Below, one piece after another: positions 47,395-55,432 of a stretch of 57,586 nucleotides of DNA (its first letter is position 1; each line of letters opens with the position of its first letter). Position numbers and translations under genes: made by a program. A model generated the notes under the pieces. It was not told where the DNA came from, searched no databases, and was given only the letters and a program-made list of their open reading frames with translations. Source of the stretch: Planctomycetota bacterium (GTDB lineage: Bacteria > Planctomycetota > SZUA-567 > H5-PLA8 > JBOHNC01). Where the stretch lies: assembly GCA_050730415.1 (NCBI GenBank), contig JBOHNC010000270.1, forward strand, positions 1 through 57,586, in the 5' to 3' direction.

Positions 47395-47462
47395 ACGCGC
47401 CGAGCTTTCTCTTTTTCTGCTGCTTCTCTTGATTCATCATTCATCATTCATCATTCGTTCGT

Positions 47463-49448
47463 TCAATGCTTCTCGCTGTACAGCACCCCGCGCAGGTAGT
47501 CGACGATCGACGTCACGCTCGATTCCACCGATTGCTTGTCCGTCTCGATCACGATCTCGGCGTTCTCCGGCTCTTCGTAGGGCGCGTCGATCCCCGTGAA
47601 ATTCTTGATCTGCCCGCTGCGCGCTTTTTTGTACAGTTGCTTCGGATCGCGCGTTTCGCATACGTCCAGCGGACACTTCACGTAGACTTCCACGAACCGC
47701 AGCTCGTTCATGATCTCCCGCACCTTGCGCCGGTCGGCGCGATAGGGCGAAATGAACGAGGTCACCACGATCGTCCCGGCCTCGGCCATCAGCCGCACCA
47801 CATGGCCCACGCGGCGGATGTTTTCCGCCCGGTCCTCCGCCGAAAAGGTCAGGTCCGAACACAGCCCGTGGCGCAGATTGTCGCCGTCCAGCGCAAAGGT
47901 GTGCAGCCCGCGCTCGAACAGAATCCGCTCCAGTTCGTTCGCGATCGTCGATTTACCTGCCCCCGACAGCCCGGTCAACCAGACCACGCCGCCCGAGTGT
48001 CCGTTGCGAACCGCCCGCTGCGCGGCGGTGATTTTGCTCGGCGACCAGGTGATGTTCGCCGTCTTCTGCGTCGTCAGCGTCCGGTCGGCCAGGATGCCCC
48101 CCGAAATAATCCCGCCCCCGGCCACTTCCTTGTCCTGCACCAGCACAAACCGCCCCGTCTCTGCGATCATGCTGTACCCGTCGGCCGCGATCGGGTAGCG
48201 CGTGTGCAGCCGCAGCTCGGCCACCTCGTTGCGCTCCACCCGGTCCCGCTGCGCCGTCGCCAGTTCCAGCGTCGAAGCGTCGATGATCCGGTCAATCGAC
48301 TTGACCGTGCATTCGACCTCCTGCGTCGCCAGCTTCAGCTTGTATTTTTTCTTCACTTCGAGCGGTTCCCGGCCCAGCCAGAAAATCCGCGCCTGGAATT
48401 CGGTCGTCGCCACCGGCCCGTCCTGCGTGTGCGCCGCGATCTGCCCACGCTCGACGAAAATCTGCTCCGTCAGCGTGATCCCCACCGATTCCCCCGCATA
48501 GGCCGTGTCGCTGTGCTCTCCGGCCCAATACTCGATCGACGCCACCCGGCTGGTCCGGCTGTAGGGCGCGAACACCAACTCGTCGCCCACCTTCAGCGTC
48601 CCCGATTCGATCCGCCCCGCCAAAATCCGCCGGTGGTCGAACCGGTACACGTCCTGAATCGGCATCCGCAACGGCAGCGCGCTGCTCTGCGCGACCGGGT
48701 GGAAGGTGTCCAACGCCTCCAGCACCGTCGGCCCCTTGTACCAGTTCATCTTTTCTGTTTTGTTCGCGATGTTCTCGCCGTGGCGTGCGGTGACTGGGAT
48801 GAAAAACGTCGGCTTCACCTCCAGCTTGGTCAGGAATTCGGTGTATTCCTGGACCAGTTTGTTGTACGCCGCCTCCGAATAGTCCACCAGGTCCATCTTG
48901 TTGATCACCACCGCGACCTGCCGCACGCCCAGCAGTTGCAGCAGATAGCCGTGACGGCGCGTCTGCTCGCGCACGCCTTCCTTGGCGTCGATCAGGAGCA
49001 GTGCCGCTTCCGCCCGCGCCGCGCCGGAAATCATGTTCTTCAGAAATTCCTTGTGCCCCGGCGCGTCGATGATCACGTACTGGCGCTTGTTGGTGTGGAA
49101 CCAAATCTGCGCCGTGTCGATCGTGATGTTCTGGTCGCGCTCGGCCTGGAACGCGTCCATCAGAAACGCCCATTCGAATTCCACCCCGCGCTTTTTGCAC
49201 GACGCCAGAATCTGCTCGTATTTGCCCACCGGCAGCGAATCGGTGTCGTGGAACAGCCGCCCGATCAGCGTCGATTTGCCGTGGTCGACATGCCCGACAA
49301 TCACGATCTTCATCTGCTCGCTGACCGCCCGCGTCTGCGGATGCGCGGCGTCGTGCGTTTGATCGACGGTGGGTTCGGCGGCGGCGTTCTGAGCGCCGGC
49401 AACGGGAAGCGGCTGCACGGGTTGATTCTCCTGTTGGGATGAGCACAA
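47463..49448 (-). CDS. cysNC: bifunctional sulfate adenylyltransferase subunit 1 / adenylyl-sulfate kinase
   Basis: 661 aa. GTPase motifs [23 protein letters not shown] and NKMD. The C-terminal APS kinase P-loop is [14 protein letters not shown]. The start could be later (MKIVIVGH at 49313). Confidence 0.93.
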   Translation of the reverse strand: MCSSQQENQPVQPLPVAGAQNAAAEPTVDQTHDAAHPQTRAVSEQMKIVIVGHVDHGKSTLIGRLFHDTDSLPVGKYEQILASCKKRGVEFEWAFLMDAFQAERDQNITIDTAQIWFHTNKRQYVIIDAPGHKEFLKNMISGAARAEAALLLIDAKEGVREQTRRHGYLLQLLGVRQVAVVINKMDLVDYSEAAYNKLVQEYTEFLTKLEVKPTFFIPVTARHGENIANKTEKMNWYKGPTVLEALDTFHPVAQSSALPLRMPIQDVYRFDHRRILAGRIESGTLKVGDELVFAPYSRTSRVASIEYWAGEHSDTAYAGESVGITLTEQIFVERGQIAAHTQDGPVATTEFQARIFWLGREPLEVKKKYKLKLATQEVECTVKSIDRIIDASTLELATAQRDRVERNEVAELRLHTRYPIAADGYSMIAETGRFVLVQDKEVAGGGIISGGILADRTLTTQKTANITWSPSKITAAQRAVRNGHSGGVVWLTGLSGAGKSTIANELERILFERGLHTFALDGDNLRHGLCSDLTFSAEDRAENIRRVGHVVRLMAEAGTIVVTSFISPYRADRRKVREIMNELRFVEVYVKCPLDVCETRDPKQLYKKARSGQIKNFTGIDAPYEEPENAEIVIETDKQSVESSVTSIVDYLRGVLYSEKH

Positions 49449-49529
49449 TTCTGAACGGGAAAAATGGTTCTGAACGGGAATACTTGACCGCCCGGGCGCA
49501 CAGCGCCGTGCGCGGGAATCGGCCGGCGC

Positions 49530-50330
49530 TTACATGTACCCTTGCGCCCGCAACTGCTCGAAGGCGCCTTCCGATTCGTGGTCCTGCGCCCGCCCGGCCC
49601 GTTCGGCCACTTTGGTCCGGCGCAGTTCCTCGATGATCTCCGGCACCGTCGTGGCCGTGGAGTCGATCGGCGTCGTGCACGGCGCGCAGCCCAGGCTCCG
49701 GTAGCGCTTCCCGTTCTTGGCCAGGTACAGGCTCACGAACGGAATCTTCTCCCGGTGGATGTACTCCCAGACGTTCACTTCGGTCCAGTGCAAAAGCGGG
49801 TGAATTCGGATATGCGTCCCGGCGTCGAAATCGGTCTTGAACTGGTCCCACAGCTCCGGCGGCTGGTCCTTGAAGTTCCACTCGAAATTCTTGTCCCGCG
49901 GCGAGAAATAGCGCTCCTTCGCCCGCGTGCCCTCTTCGTCGCGCCGGATCCCCAGGATCACCCCGGTGTAGCCCTTCTCCTCCAGCAGCATCTGCAAGCC
50001 GTCTTTTTTCAGCGCCGAACAGCAGGTCACCCGACCCAACGTGTGGTTCATCCCCGCCGCCAGCGCCGCTTTGTTCTGCCCCACCACCAGGTTCAGATTC
50101 CATTCCTTCGCCAGCCGGTCCCGATATTGGATCATCTCCGGAATCTTGTAGCTCGTGTCGATGTGCACCAGCGGAAACGGCACGTGCCCGAAAAATGCCT
50201 TCCGGGCCAGCCACAGCAGCACCGTCGAATCCTTGCCGATCGACCAAAGCATCGCCAGGTTTTCGAATTTGTTGAAGGCCTCGCGCAGGATGTACACGCT
50301 TTGGTGTTCGAGCGCGTCCAGATGATCCAT
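49530..50330 (-). CDS. cysD: sulfate adenylyltransferase subunit 2
   Basis: 266 aa from ATG 50330 ([17 protein letters not shown]). The PP-loop is [15 protein letters not shown]. It lies upstream of cysNC in the same orientation. Confidence 0.93.
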   Translation of the reverse strand: MDHLDALEHQSVYILREAFNKFENLAMLWSIGKDSTVLLWLARKAFFGHVPFPLVHIDTSYKIPEMIQYRDRLAKEWNLNLVVGQNKAALAAGMNHTLGRVTCCSALKKDGLQMLLEEKGYTGVILGIRRDEEGTRAKERYFSPRDKNFEWNFKDQPPELWDQFKTDFDAGTHIRIHPLLHWTEVNVWEYIHREKIPFVSLYLAKNGKRYRSLGCAPCTTPIDSTATTVPEIIEELRRTKVAERAGRAQDHESEGAFEQLRAQGYM

Positions 50331-50410
50331 GACTGCCTGTTCCTTTTTCAGCGTATACCGCTCCGGTGAGCGCGCCGTTCCCAACGCAACGCCGTCACCG
50401 CAGCGACCCC

Positions 50411-50438
50411 AATATACCATGGCCGGAAATCGGTGCAA
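50411..50438 (-). promoter_or_regulatory. sigma70-like promoter for cysD (TTGCAC-16 nt-TATATT)
   Basis: On the minus strand the -35 is TTGCAC (50438-50433), the spacer is 16 nt, and the -10 is TATATT (50416-50411). It lies about 80 nt upstream of the cysD start. Confidence 0.45.
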
Positions 50439-50450
50439 GCAGCAGTTTAC

Positions 50451-50472
50451 CTAAATTCCTATAGGAATTTAG
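50451..50472. promoter_or_regulatory. perfect 22-bp palindrome CTAAATTCCTATAGGAATTTAG, candidate operator/activator site for cysD-cysNC
   Basis: The 11-bp arms are exact reverse complements. It sits in an AT-rich patch of GC-rich DNA, 12 bp upstream of the predicted -35 of the cysD promoter and about 120 bp upstream of the cysD ATG. Confidence 0.55.
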
Positions 50473-50631
50473 TAGAATGCCTCCGAGCCCTCCCACGGCC
50501 CGGCTTCCGTCGATTTCAACTCCCTCCAGACACGCCGCTTCCAAGGCGGCTGCTCCCCAAGATGCTTGTGGCCCGCCGCGCCCATACCCATCCGTGGCCG
50601 CCGGCCGCGTCCGCTGCGCCGTGGCAGCGAT

Positions 50632-51018
50632 TCAGGGGTCGACCAGTTTCGCTTGATTCAAGCCCAGCGCCGCCGCGTCGCCCACCGTGCGGAAAAAACA
50701 ACTCCGGTAGCCCAAGTGGCAGGCCGCCCCGGTCTGCCGCACCTTCAACAGCAGCACATCCTGGTCGCAGTCCACCGCCAGGCTCACCACCGCCTGCACA
50801 TGCCCCGAACTCTCCCCCTTCACCCACAGCTTGCGCCGTGAACGGCTGTAGTACGTCCCCCGCCCGGTCGTGCGCGTTTTCTCCAGCGCCTCCGCATTCA
50901 TCCACGCGAACATCAGCACCGCTGCGGTCTCGGCATCCTGCACGATACAACCGATCAGCCCATCGGAATTGAATTGGGGTTGAAAGGTCAACCCCGTTTC
51001 GCGTTCGCCGGTTTCCAT
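50632..51018 (-). CDS. hisI: phosphoribosyl-AMP cyclohydrolase
   Basis: 128 aa from ATG 51018 (METGERETGL). Motifs: YYSRSRRKLWVKGESSGH and DCDQDVLLLKV...GAACH. A GGAGG RBS lies upstream. Confidence 0.9.
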   Translation of the reverse strand: METGERETGLTFQPQFNSDGLIGCIVQDAETAAVLMFAWMNAEALEKTRTTGRGTYYSRSRRKLWVKGESSGHVQAVVSLAVDCDQDVLLLKVRQTGAACHLGYRSCFFRTVGDAAALGLNQAKLVDP

Positions 51019-51225
51019 CGAGCGCCTCCTTCTGCGCGTGCCGCCATGGCGGCACGCAATGTCCCCCGGCGGCCCCCGGCGCCCGCCTCTCGACCGCCTT
51101 GCAGCGTCCCCGAACTTGAATTTTGGGTTGGCATGAATTATATCCAGCCTCGAAATCGCGGAGAATCCCATTGCGAATATTTTTCTCGGATTTTCGCTTC
51201 GCCCATCGGTGCACCCGCCGCACGA

Positions 51226-52179
51226 TCACAGCGTCCGCGCCAGCGCCAGCAAACGCACCTGTCGCGCCCCGGCCGCGGTCAGCGCGCGCGCTGCTTCGCT
51301 CGCCGTCGCCAGCGTCGTCAGCACGTCGTCCACCACCACCACCGTTTCCTGCGCCGCGCGTGCGGGGTCGCCGCAGACCAGCGACGCCGCCGGTTCGGTC
51401 AGCCGCGCTTCGCGCGCCAGCGTCGCCTGCGGCTGCGTGCGCCGAATTTTGTGCAGCGCCTCCGGCCAGACTTCCAGCCCCAGCGGCCGCGGCTGCGCGC
51501 GGTCGGCCGCCGCCACCGCCCGCGCCAGTTGCGTGGCGTGGTTTTCCTGCGTCGCGGCGCTGCTCAGCTGCTGCGAGCCCGGCACCGGCGCCAGCCAGCG
51601 CACCGCGCTGAACAGGCCGCGCGCCGCGCCGGCGGCATACAGCCACGCGCCCAGCAGCGCCGCCAGTTGCCGTTCGCCGCCGAACTTGAATGCCAGAATC
51701 AGTTCCCGCCCGATCCCGCTGTACTCCCACAGGCAGACGCTCCGGTCGAACGCCCCCGTACATTCGTCGCACCAACGGCAGCGCTGATTCGGGCGCGCAT
51801 CGCCGGCCAGCCGCAGCGGCGCGCTGCAGCGCAAGCACTGCGGCGCGGCGAGAACCGGCAGCGCCTCCACGACCGCGCGCGCCAGCCATGGATTCGGCGA
51901 CTGCGCCAAGTCCTGCCCGGTGATCGGGCAGCAGGGTGGATAGATCAGATCGAGCAAGCCTCGCCCCAGCGCGCCAGCCAGCCGCAGGCCTCCCGAACCC
52001 CCCGTGCCAGCCGGATTCCGCGCGGCGGCTGCACCGGCCGCAGGCGGCAAACCGGTCAAGCCGGTCAAGCCGGTCAAGCCGGCCGAGCCTGTCCTGCCGG
52101 GCGCGCCGGAGGTGCCGGAGGTGCCGCCCTGATCCAGCGGTTCGCCGCTCAGACCGGCGCGCTGCCAGAGATCGAGCAT
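51226..52179 (-). CDS. comF: ComF family protein (phosphoribosyltransferase-like)
   Basis: Double Cys-pair N-region (YPPCCPITG...CLRCSAPL...CRWCDEC) and PRTase motif VVVVDDVLTTLATASEAA. The start is set at ATG 52179 (MLDLWQ). The longer ORF to 53088 overlaps the cytochrome c gene. The N-terminus contains a GLTGLTGLTGL repeat. Confidence 0.8.
   Translation of the reverse strand: MLDLWQRAGLSGEPLDQGGTSGTSGAPGRTGSAGLTGLTGLTGLPPAAGAAAARNPAGTGGSGGLRLAGALGRGLLDLIYPPCCPITGQDLAQSPNPWLARAVVEALPVLAAPQCLRCSAPLRLAGDARPNQRCRWCDECTGAFDRSVCLWEYSGIGRELILAFKFGGERQLAALLGAWLYAAGAARGLFSAVRWLAPVPGSQQLSSAATQENHATQLARAVAAADRAQPRPLGLEVWPEALHKIRRTQPQATLAREARLTEPAASLVCGDPARAAQETVVVVDDVLTTLATASEAARALTAAGARQVRLLALARTL
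52052..52087 (+). repeat. in-frame 9-bp tandem repeat (CCGGTCAAG x3 plus a degenerate unit) inside comF
   Basis: Units: ccggtcaag ccggtcaag ccggtcaag ccggccgag. Read on the minus strand they encode GLTGLTGLTGL. Confidence 0.9.
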
Positions 52180-52298
52180 CACCGTTTTCAGGTCCGGGCC
52201 GTCGGCGGGCCTCTCCGCCTCCGCTCCTGGGCCTGGGCGTGGCGCGGCGGCCGTGCCATTCGGCGGCGGCGCGGCCGACGGCGGCAGCGGCGGTTCGT

Positions 52299-53237
52299 TC
52301 ACGGCTGGGTGGGAGTCGTTGCGGCGCCTGGCTGTGCAGGTGCAGCAGCAGCACCGGCTGGCCTTGTCGGCGTCGGGGGCGTCGGGGTCGTCGGGGGAGG
52401 CGCGGGTGGCGCCGGCGTCGCGGGCGTGTAGATGGTGCCGGGAGTGGCGGGCATTCCGGGCGTGCCGGTCGAAGGGGTCGAAGCGGGCGGAGCGGTCGTG
52501 CCGGGCGGCGGGAGGAAAACACCCGGTGTCGTCGGCGCAAGGCCCGGCGCTCCGGGCGCGACACCCGGTGTCGTCGGCGCAACGCCCGGCGTGCCGGGTG
52601 TTGCCCCCGGTGAACCAGGTAGGGCCGCCGGAGTCGTGGGCGCAGTGCTTGGAGCGCCCGGAGCGCCTGGAGCGGTCGGCGCGGGCCTGGCGCCGGTCGA
52701 AGGCGACAAATCGGGATAGGTCGAGAGCCCGGCCGGCGGCTGCGCGGTCGGCTGGTTCCGGTCCGACAGAAACACCGCCAGCCGCATCAGATCGCCGACC
52801 GAAAGATTGTCGATCTGCGAAGGCATCTTGGAAACGCCGTCGGCCGTGTATTGGTCGGCCGGCTGGGCGATCACCGCGTTGGGATTCACGATCGATTCGA
52901 TGATGCGGTCGATCGACAGCTGCCGACCGACGACGTCGAGGTCCGGGCCCTGGCTCAGCACGTTGAGCGGCCCGGGCAAGGGATCGGCGCCCAGCTTGTG
53001 GCACTCCCAGCACTTTTTCTGCATGAAGACCTGCCGTCCGCGCAGGTCCATCTCGGTGCGGTCGGGCCCCGGCGGCGGAAGCGGCCACATGATCGAACCG
53101 AGATTGCCCGCGGCCGTGGCGCGCAGGTCGCGCGCGGGCGGCGGCCCGCCCGGCCCGAGTAATTCGGACAGCAGAAACCCGACCAGACCGGCTCCGATCG
53201 CCGCTACGGCCAGTAGAATTTGGACCGATTTTGACAT
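52299..53237 (-). CDS. membrane-anchored cytochrome c domain protein with Pro/Thr/Gly-rich C-terminal tail
   Basis: It starts MSKSVQILLAVAAIGAGLVGFLL (TM). The haem-binding motif is CWECHK and a distal Met lies in ADGVSKMP. The tail of about 140 aa is low complexity (APTTPGVAPGAPGLAPTTPGV...). Confidence 0.8.
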   Translation of the reverse strand: MSKSVQILLAVAAIGAGLVGFLLSELLGPGGPPPARDLRATAAGNLGSIMWPLPPPGPDRTEMDLRGRQVFMQKKCWECHKLGADPLPGPLNVLSQGPDLDVVGRQLSIDRIIESIVNPNAVIAQPADQYTADGVSKMPSQIDNLSVGDLMRLAVFLSDRNQPTAQPPAGLSTYPDLSPSTGARPAPTAPGAPGAPSTAPTTPAALPGSPGATPGTPGVAPTTPGVAPGAPGLAPTTPGVFLPPPGTTAPPASTPSTGTPGMPATPGTIYTPATPAPPAPPPTTPTPPTPTRPAGAAAAPAQPGAATTPTQP

Positions 53238-53281
53238 GACAGGTGGACTACCCATGCGCCAGGAGGTTGCAGCCATCCCCT

Positions 53282-54736
53282 ATGAGTGTACCAGAATCGC
53301 AGCGGAAGACAGCGGCGGCGACCTCCGCCGGATCGCGCCGATCCGGGCCCAATGCCGAACCCCGCGCCAGGGTTGAGCTTGAACGTCGGTTGCTGGCCGA
53401 GTTGGCCGCCGGCACGCTGGCCGGTGCGGCCGGCTTCCGCCGCACCTTCGAGGCCGTGCTGGCATTTCAAGCCCGCTTCGGCGCCCGTTCAACCCGTTCG
53501 ACCCGTTCGACCCGTTCGACCCGCGCGACCGGTCGGGCCGGTTTGGCCGGCTCGGTCGCACAGCCCGGGCCCACGCCGGTGGACCTCTTCAAATATCGCG
53601 ACCTGACCACGGTCGCCGGACCGCTCGGCCCCGGCCTTGAATTCCGCACCAGCGGGACCTCTCGCGGCTCCGCACGGCGCGGCCGCCACCGCATGGCCGA
53701 CCCGGTTCTGTACGAGGCCGCCGTGCGGCGCGGCTTCGCGCAAGCGGTATTCGGCCAGGAGGACCTCGACGCGGCCTGGCGCACCGTCGCGCCGCGCTGG
53801 AATCTGCTCGTGCCGGCCTCGGCCGCCTGGTGGCGCGACCGCCATTCCTCGCTGGCCCACATGGCGCGCACCGTCTGGCAGTCGCTGCACGGAGCCGTGC
53901 CGGCGCGCCTGTTCGTCATCGATCCGGCCGCTTCCGATGCCGAATTCGCCCGCGCGGTGCAAGCCTACCGCGCCCAGTCCCAGGACGCCGTCACGCTGGG
54001 GCTGGGCACCGGTTTCGGCTTTCTGCACTGGATCGAACGGCTGGCCGCGCTGCCGGTCGGCCTGGCGTCCGGATGGGCGCTCGATCCGCGTTCCCGCCTG
54101 ATGGAAACCGGCGGATATAAAGGTCGCGGCCGGGAACTGCCGCCGCGCGAACTGCACCGGCAGATGGCGGAGGCCTTCGGCCTGCCGGCCCCGGCGGTAT
54201 TCGCGGAATATGGCATGACCGAGCTTTCCTCGCAGGCCTACGAAGTGCCCGATCGGCGCGGCGCGGTGGCGGCGGAGCAGCCGGTGTATTTCCCGGCCGA
54301 GAGCCTGCGCATTCGAGTGGTCGATGCGGACGGCCAGCGGCTGCCGCCGGGGCAGATCGGCCTGATTGAAGCGCTCGACCCGATGAACCTGACCTCGGCC
54401 GCGTGGCTGCTCACCGGCGACCTCGGCGTGATCCTGCCCGAGACACCCGAGCCGCCCGACATGCCCGCCATGCCCGAGCCGTCGGCCCGGTCGGCCCGGT
54501 CGAGCCGGTCGAGCAAGTCGAGCCGGTCGAGCGGGTCGAGCCGGTCGAGCAAGTCAGCCCGGTCGCCCCGGAGGATCGGGTCGGCCGGGGCGCCAGCCGC
54601 GGTGGGAGCCTTCGAACGCCGCCGGTTTCAGGTGCTCGGCCGAGCCGCCCAGTTGGCCGCGCGCGGGTGCGGCTTGGCCGAAGACCTGCGCTGGCTCGCG
54701 GCGCTGGAAAAGACTCGGCCCAGCCGCCGGCCATGA
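53282..54736 (+). CDS. LuxE/PaaK-like adenylate-forming enzyme (acyl-protein synthetase family) with two low-complexity repeat inserts
   Basis: Motifs: FRTSGTS...RGRH, METGGYKGRG and EYGMTE, resembling the LuxE family. The inserts are STRSTRSTRSTR and SARSARSSRSSKSSRSSGSSRSSKSARS. The start is uncertain (the ORF opens at 53243; ATG at 53282). The family call is moderate. Confidence 0.6.
   Translation: MSVPESQRKTAAATSAGSRRSGPNAEPRARVELERRLLAELAAGTLAGAAGFRRTFEAVLAFQARFGARSTRSTRSTRSTRATGRAGLAGSVAQPGPTPVDLFKYRDLTTVAGPLGPGLEFRTSGTSRGSARRGRHRMADPVLYEAAVRRGFAQAVFGQEDLDAAWRTVAPRWNLLVPASAAWWRDRHSSLAHMARTVWQSLHGAVPARLFVIDPAASDAEFARAVQAYRAQSQDAVTLGLGTGFGFLHWIERLAALPVGLASGWALDPRSRLMETGGYKGRGRELPPRELHRQMAEAFGLPAPAVFAEYGMTELSSQAYEVPDRRGAVAAEQPVYFPAESLRIRVVDADGQRLPPGQIGLIEALDPMNLTSAAWLLTGDLGVILPETPEPPDMPAMPEPSARSARSSRSSKSSRSSGSSRSSKSARSPRRIGSAGAPAAVGAFERRRFQVLGRAAQLAARGCGLAEDLRWLAALEKTRPSRRP
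53484..53546 (+). repeat. in-frame 9-bp tandem repeat (CCCGTTCGA-type, ~7 decaying units) inside the LuxE-like CDS
   Basis: Units: cccgttcaa cccgttcga cccgttcga cccgttcga cccgcgcga ccggtcggg ccggtttgg. They encode STRSTRSTRSTRATGRAGLA. Confidence 0.9.
54481..54570 (+). repeat. in-frame 9-bp tandem repeat (GTCGAGCCG-type, ~10 units) inside the LuxE-like CDS
   Basis: Units: gtcggcccg gtcggcccg gtcgagccg gtcgagcaa gtcgagccg gtcgagcgg gtcgagccg gtcgagcaa gtcagcccg gtcgccccg. They encode SARSARSSRSSKSSRSSGSSRSSKSARSPR. Confidence 0.9.
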
Positions 54737-54737
54737 G

Positions 54738-54896
54738 CTACAAATCCTTGCCAGGAGAGGTAACCATGACGCGCCGTTTGGTTTGGAGTTCGCTTGCGCT
54801 GTCCTGAGCGGCGAGCGTGCTGGCGGCCACGAACAGCAGCAGGACCAGAAACGGTCCGGCGGTTCGGGACGGAGCAGCGAGGGGCTTTCGACGCAT
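54738..54896 (-). CDS. possible small secreted peptide (52 aa), tentative
   Basis: Hand translation gives MRRKPLAAPSRTAGPFLVLLLFVAASTLAAQDSASELQTKRRVMVTSPGKDL. The n-region/h-region/AxA pattern is Sec-signal-like. It is below the ORF-track size cut-off. The RBS is weak and there is no homology evidence. Confidence 0.25.
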   Translation of the reverse strand: MRRKPLAAPSRTAGPFLVLLLFVAASTLAAQDSASELQTKRRVMVTSPGKDL

Positions 54897-55122
54897 GGGC
54901 AGCGTTCCCTGGGTTCGGCGGCGCGCGGAGCGATTTTAATGCAGGGGAAGGTGCCTCGCCAAGACCGGGCGAGGCGCTGAAGGGAGCGCGAGCAGGGCAC
55001 CTACGATGGAACGGCGGGTGGGCGGTCGGGTGGGGTGCTGACGAAACGAAGCCATATGCGAATAATATGCGCATATCTACGCATAAAAGTGAATATGGGT
55101 TCGTTTGGCAGGGCGGGGGCCC

Positions 55123-55286
55123 TGTGGCACGGGTCGCCAGGCCCGTGATTCGAGGTGGATTTGCAATCCGTTGAGGTGGGTGCAAAACCGGGGACCAGGG
55201 TGGGTTTTCGCCGTTTCGGGGGATTTCAAGGCGCGCGCTTCGCGCGCCTTTTTCTTGCACGGGACTGGCGACCCGTGCCACGGGGC
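55123..55286 (+). mobile_element. MITE-like 164-bp element, copy 1 (24-bp terminal inverted repeats)
   Basis: Left end GTGGCACGGGTCGCCAGGCCCGTG (55124-55147); right end CACGGGACTGGCGACCCGTGCCAC (55258-55281); 23/24 complementary. An internal hairpin AAGGCGCGCG-CTT-CGCGCGCCTT (55228-55250) is followed by TTTCTT. There are about 4 mismatches against copy 2. Confidence 0.8.
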
Positions 55287-55348
55287 GGGGGACACTTCAT
55301 GGCATTCGATACAGATGTGAAAACTAATTATTTTTTATTGAATATGTG

Positions 55349-55377
55349 TTGATTGGTGCGAATATGCGTTGTATGCT
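55349..55377 (+). promoter_or_regulatory. sigma70-like promoter for the 261-aa orphan gene (TTGATT-17 nt-TATGCT)
   Basis: -35 TTGATT at 55349-55354, a 17-nt spacer, and -10 TATGCT at 55372-55377. It lies in an AT-rich patch 55 nt upstream of the ATG at 55433. Confidence 0.4.
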
Positions 55378-55432
55378 GTACGGAGCGCAGGCAATGGATG
55401 GTGGCTTGGCGCGGTACGGGAGGGTATAGGCG

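Noticed and set aside
47466-50247. A 658-aa plus-strand ORF (47466-49442) and a 651-aa minus-strand ORF (48292-50247).
   Set aside because: These are the antisense frame and an out-of-frame shadow of cysNC/cysD, which are identified by P-loop and PP-loop motifs.
50516-52582. A 688-aa minus-strand ORF, and the upstream part (52180-53088) of the 620-aa ORF 51226-53088.
   Set aside because: These are alternative frames overlapping hisI, comF and the cytochrome c gene. Only the C-terminal 317 codons of 51226-53088 carry ComF motifs. The remainder overlaps the better-supported CWECH cytochrome frame.
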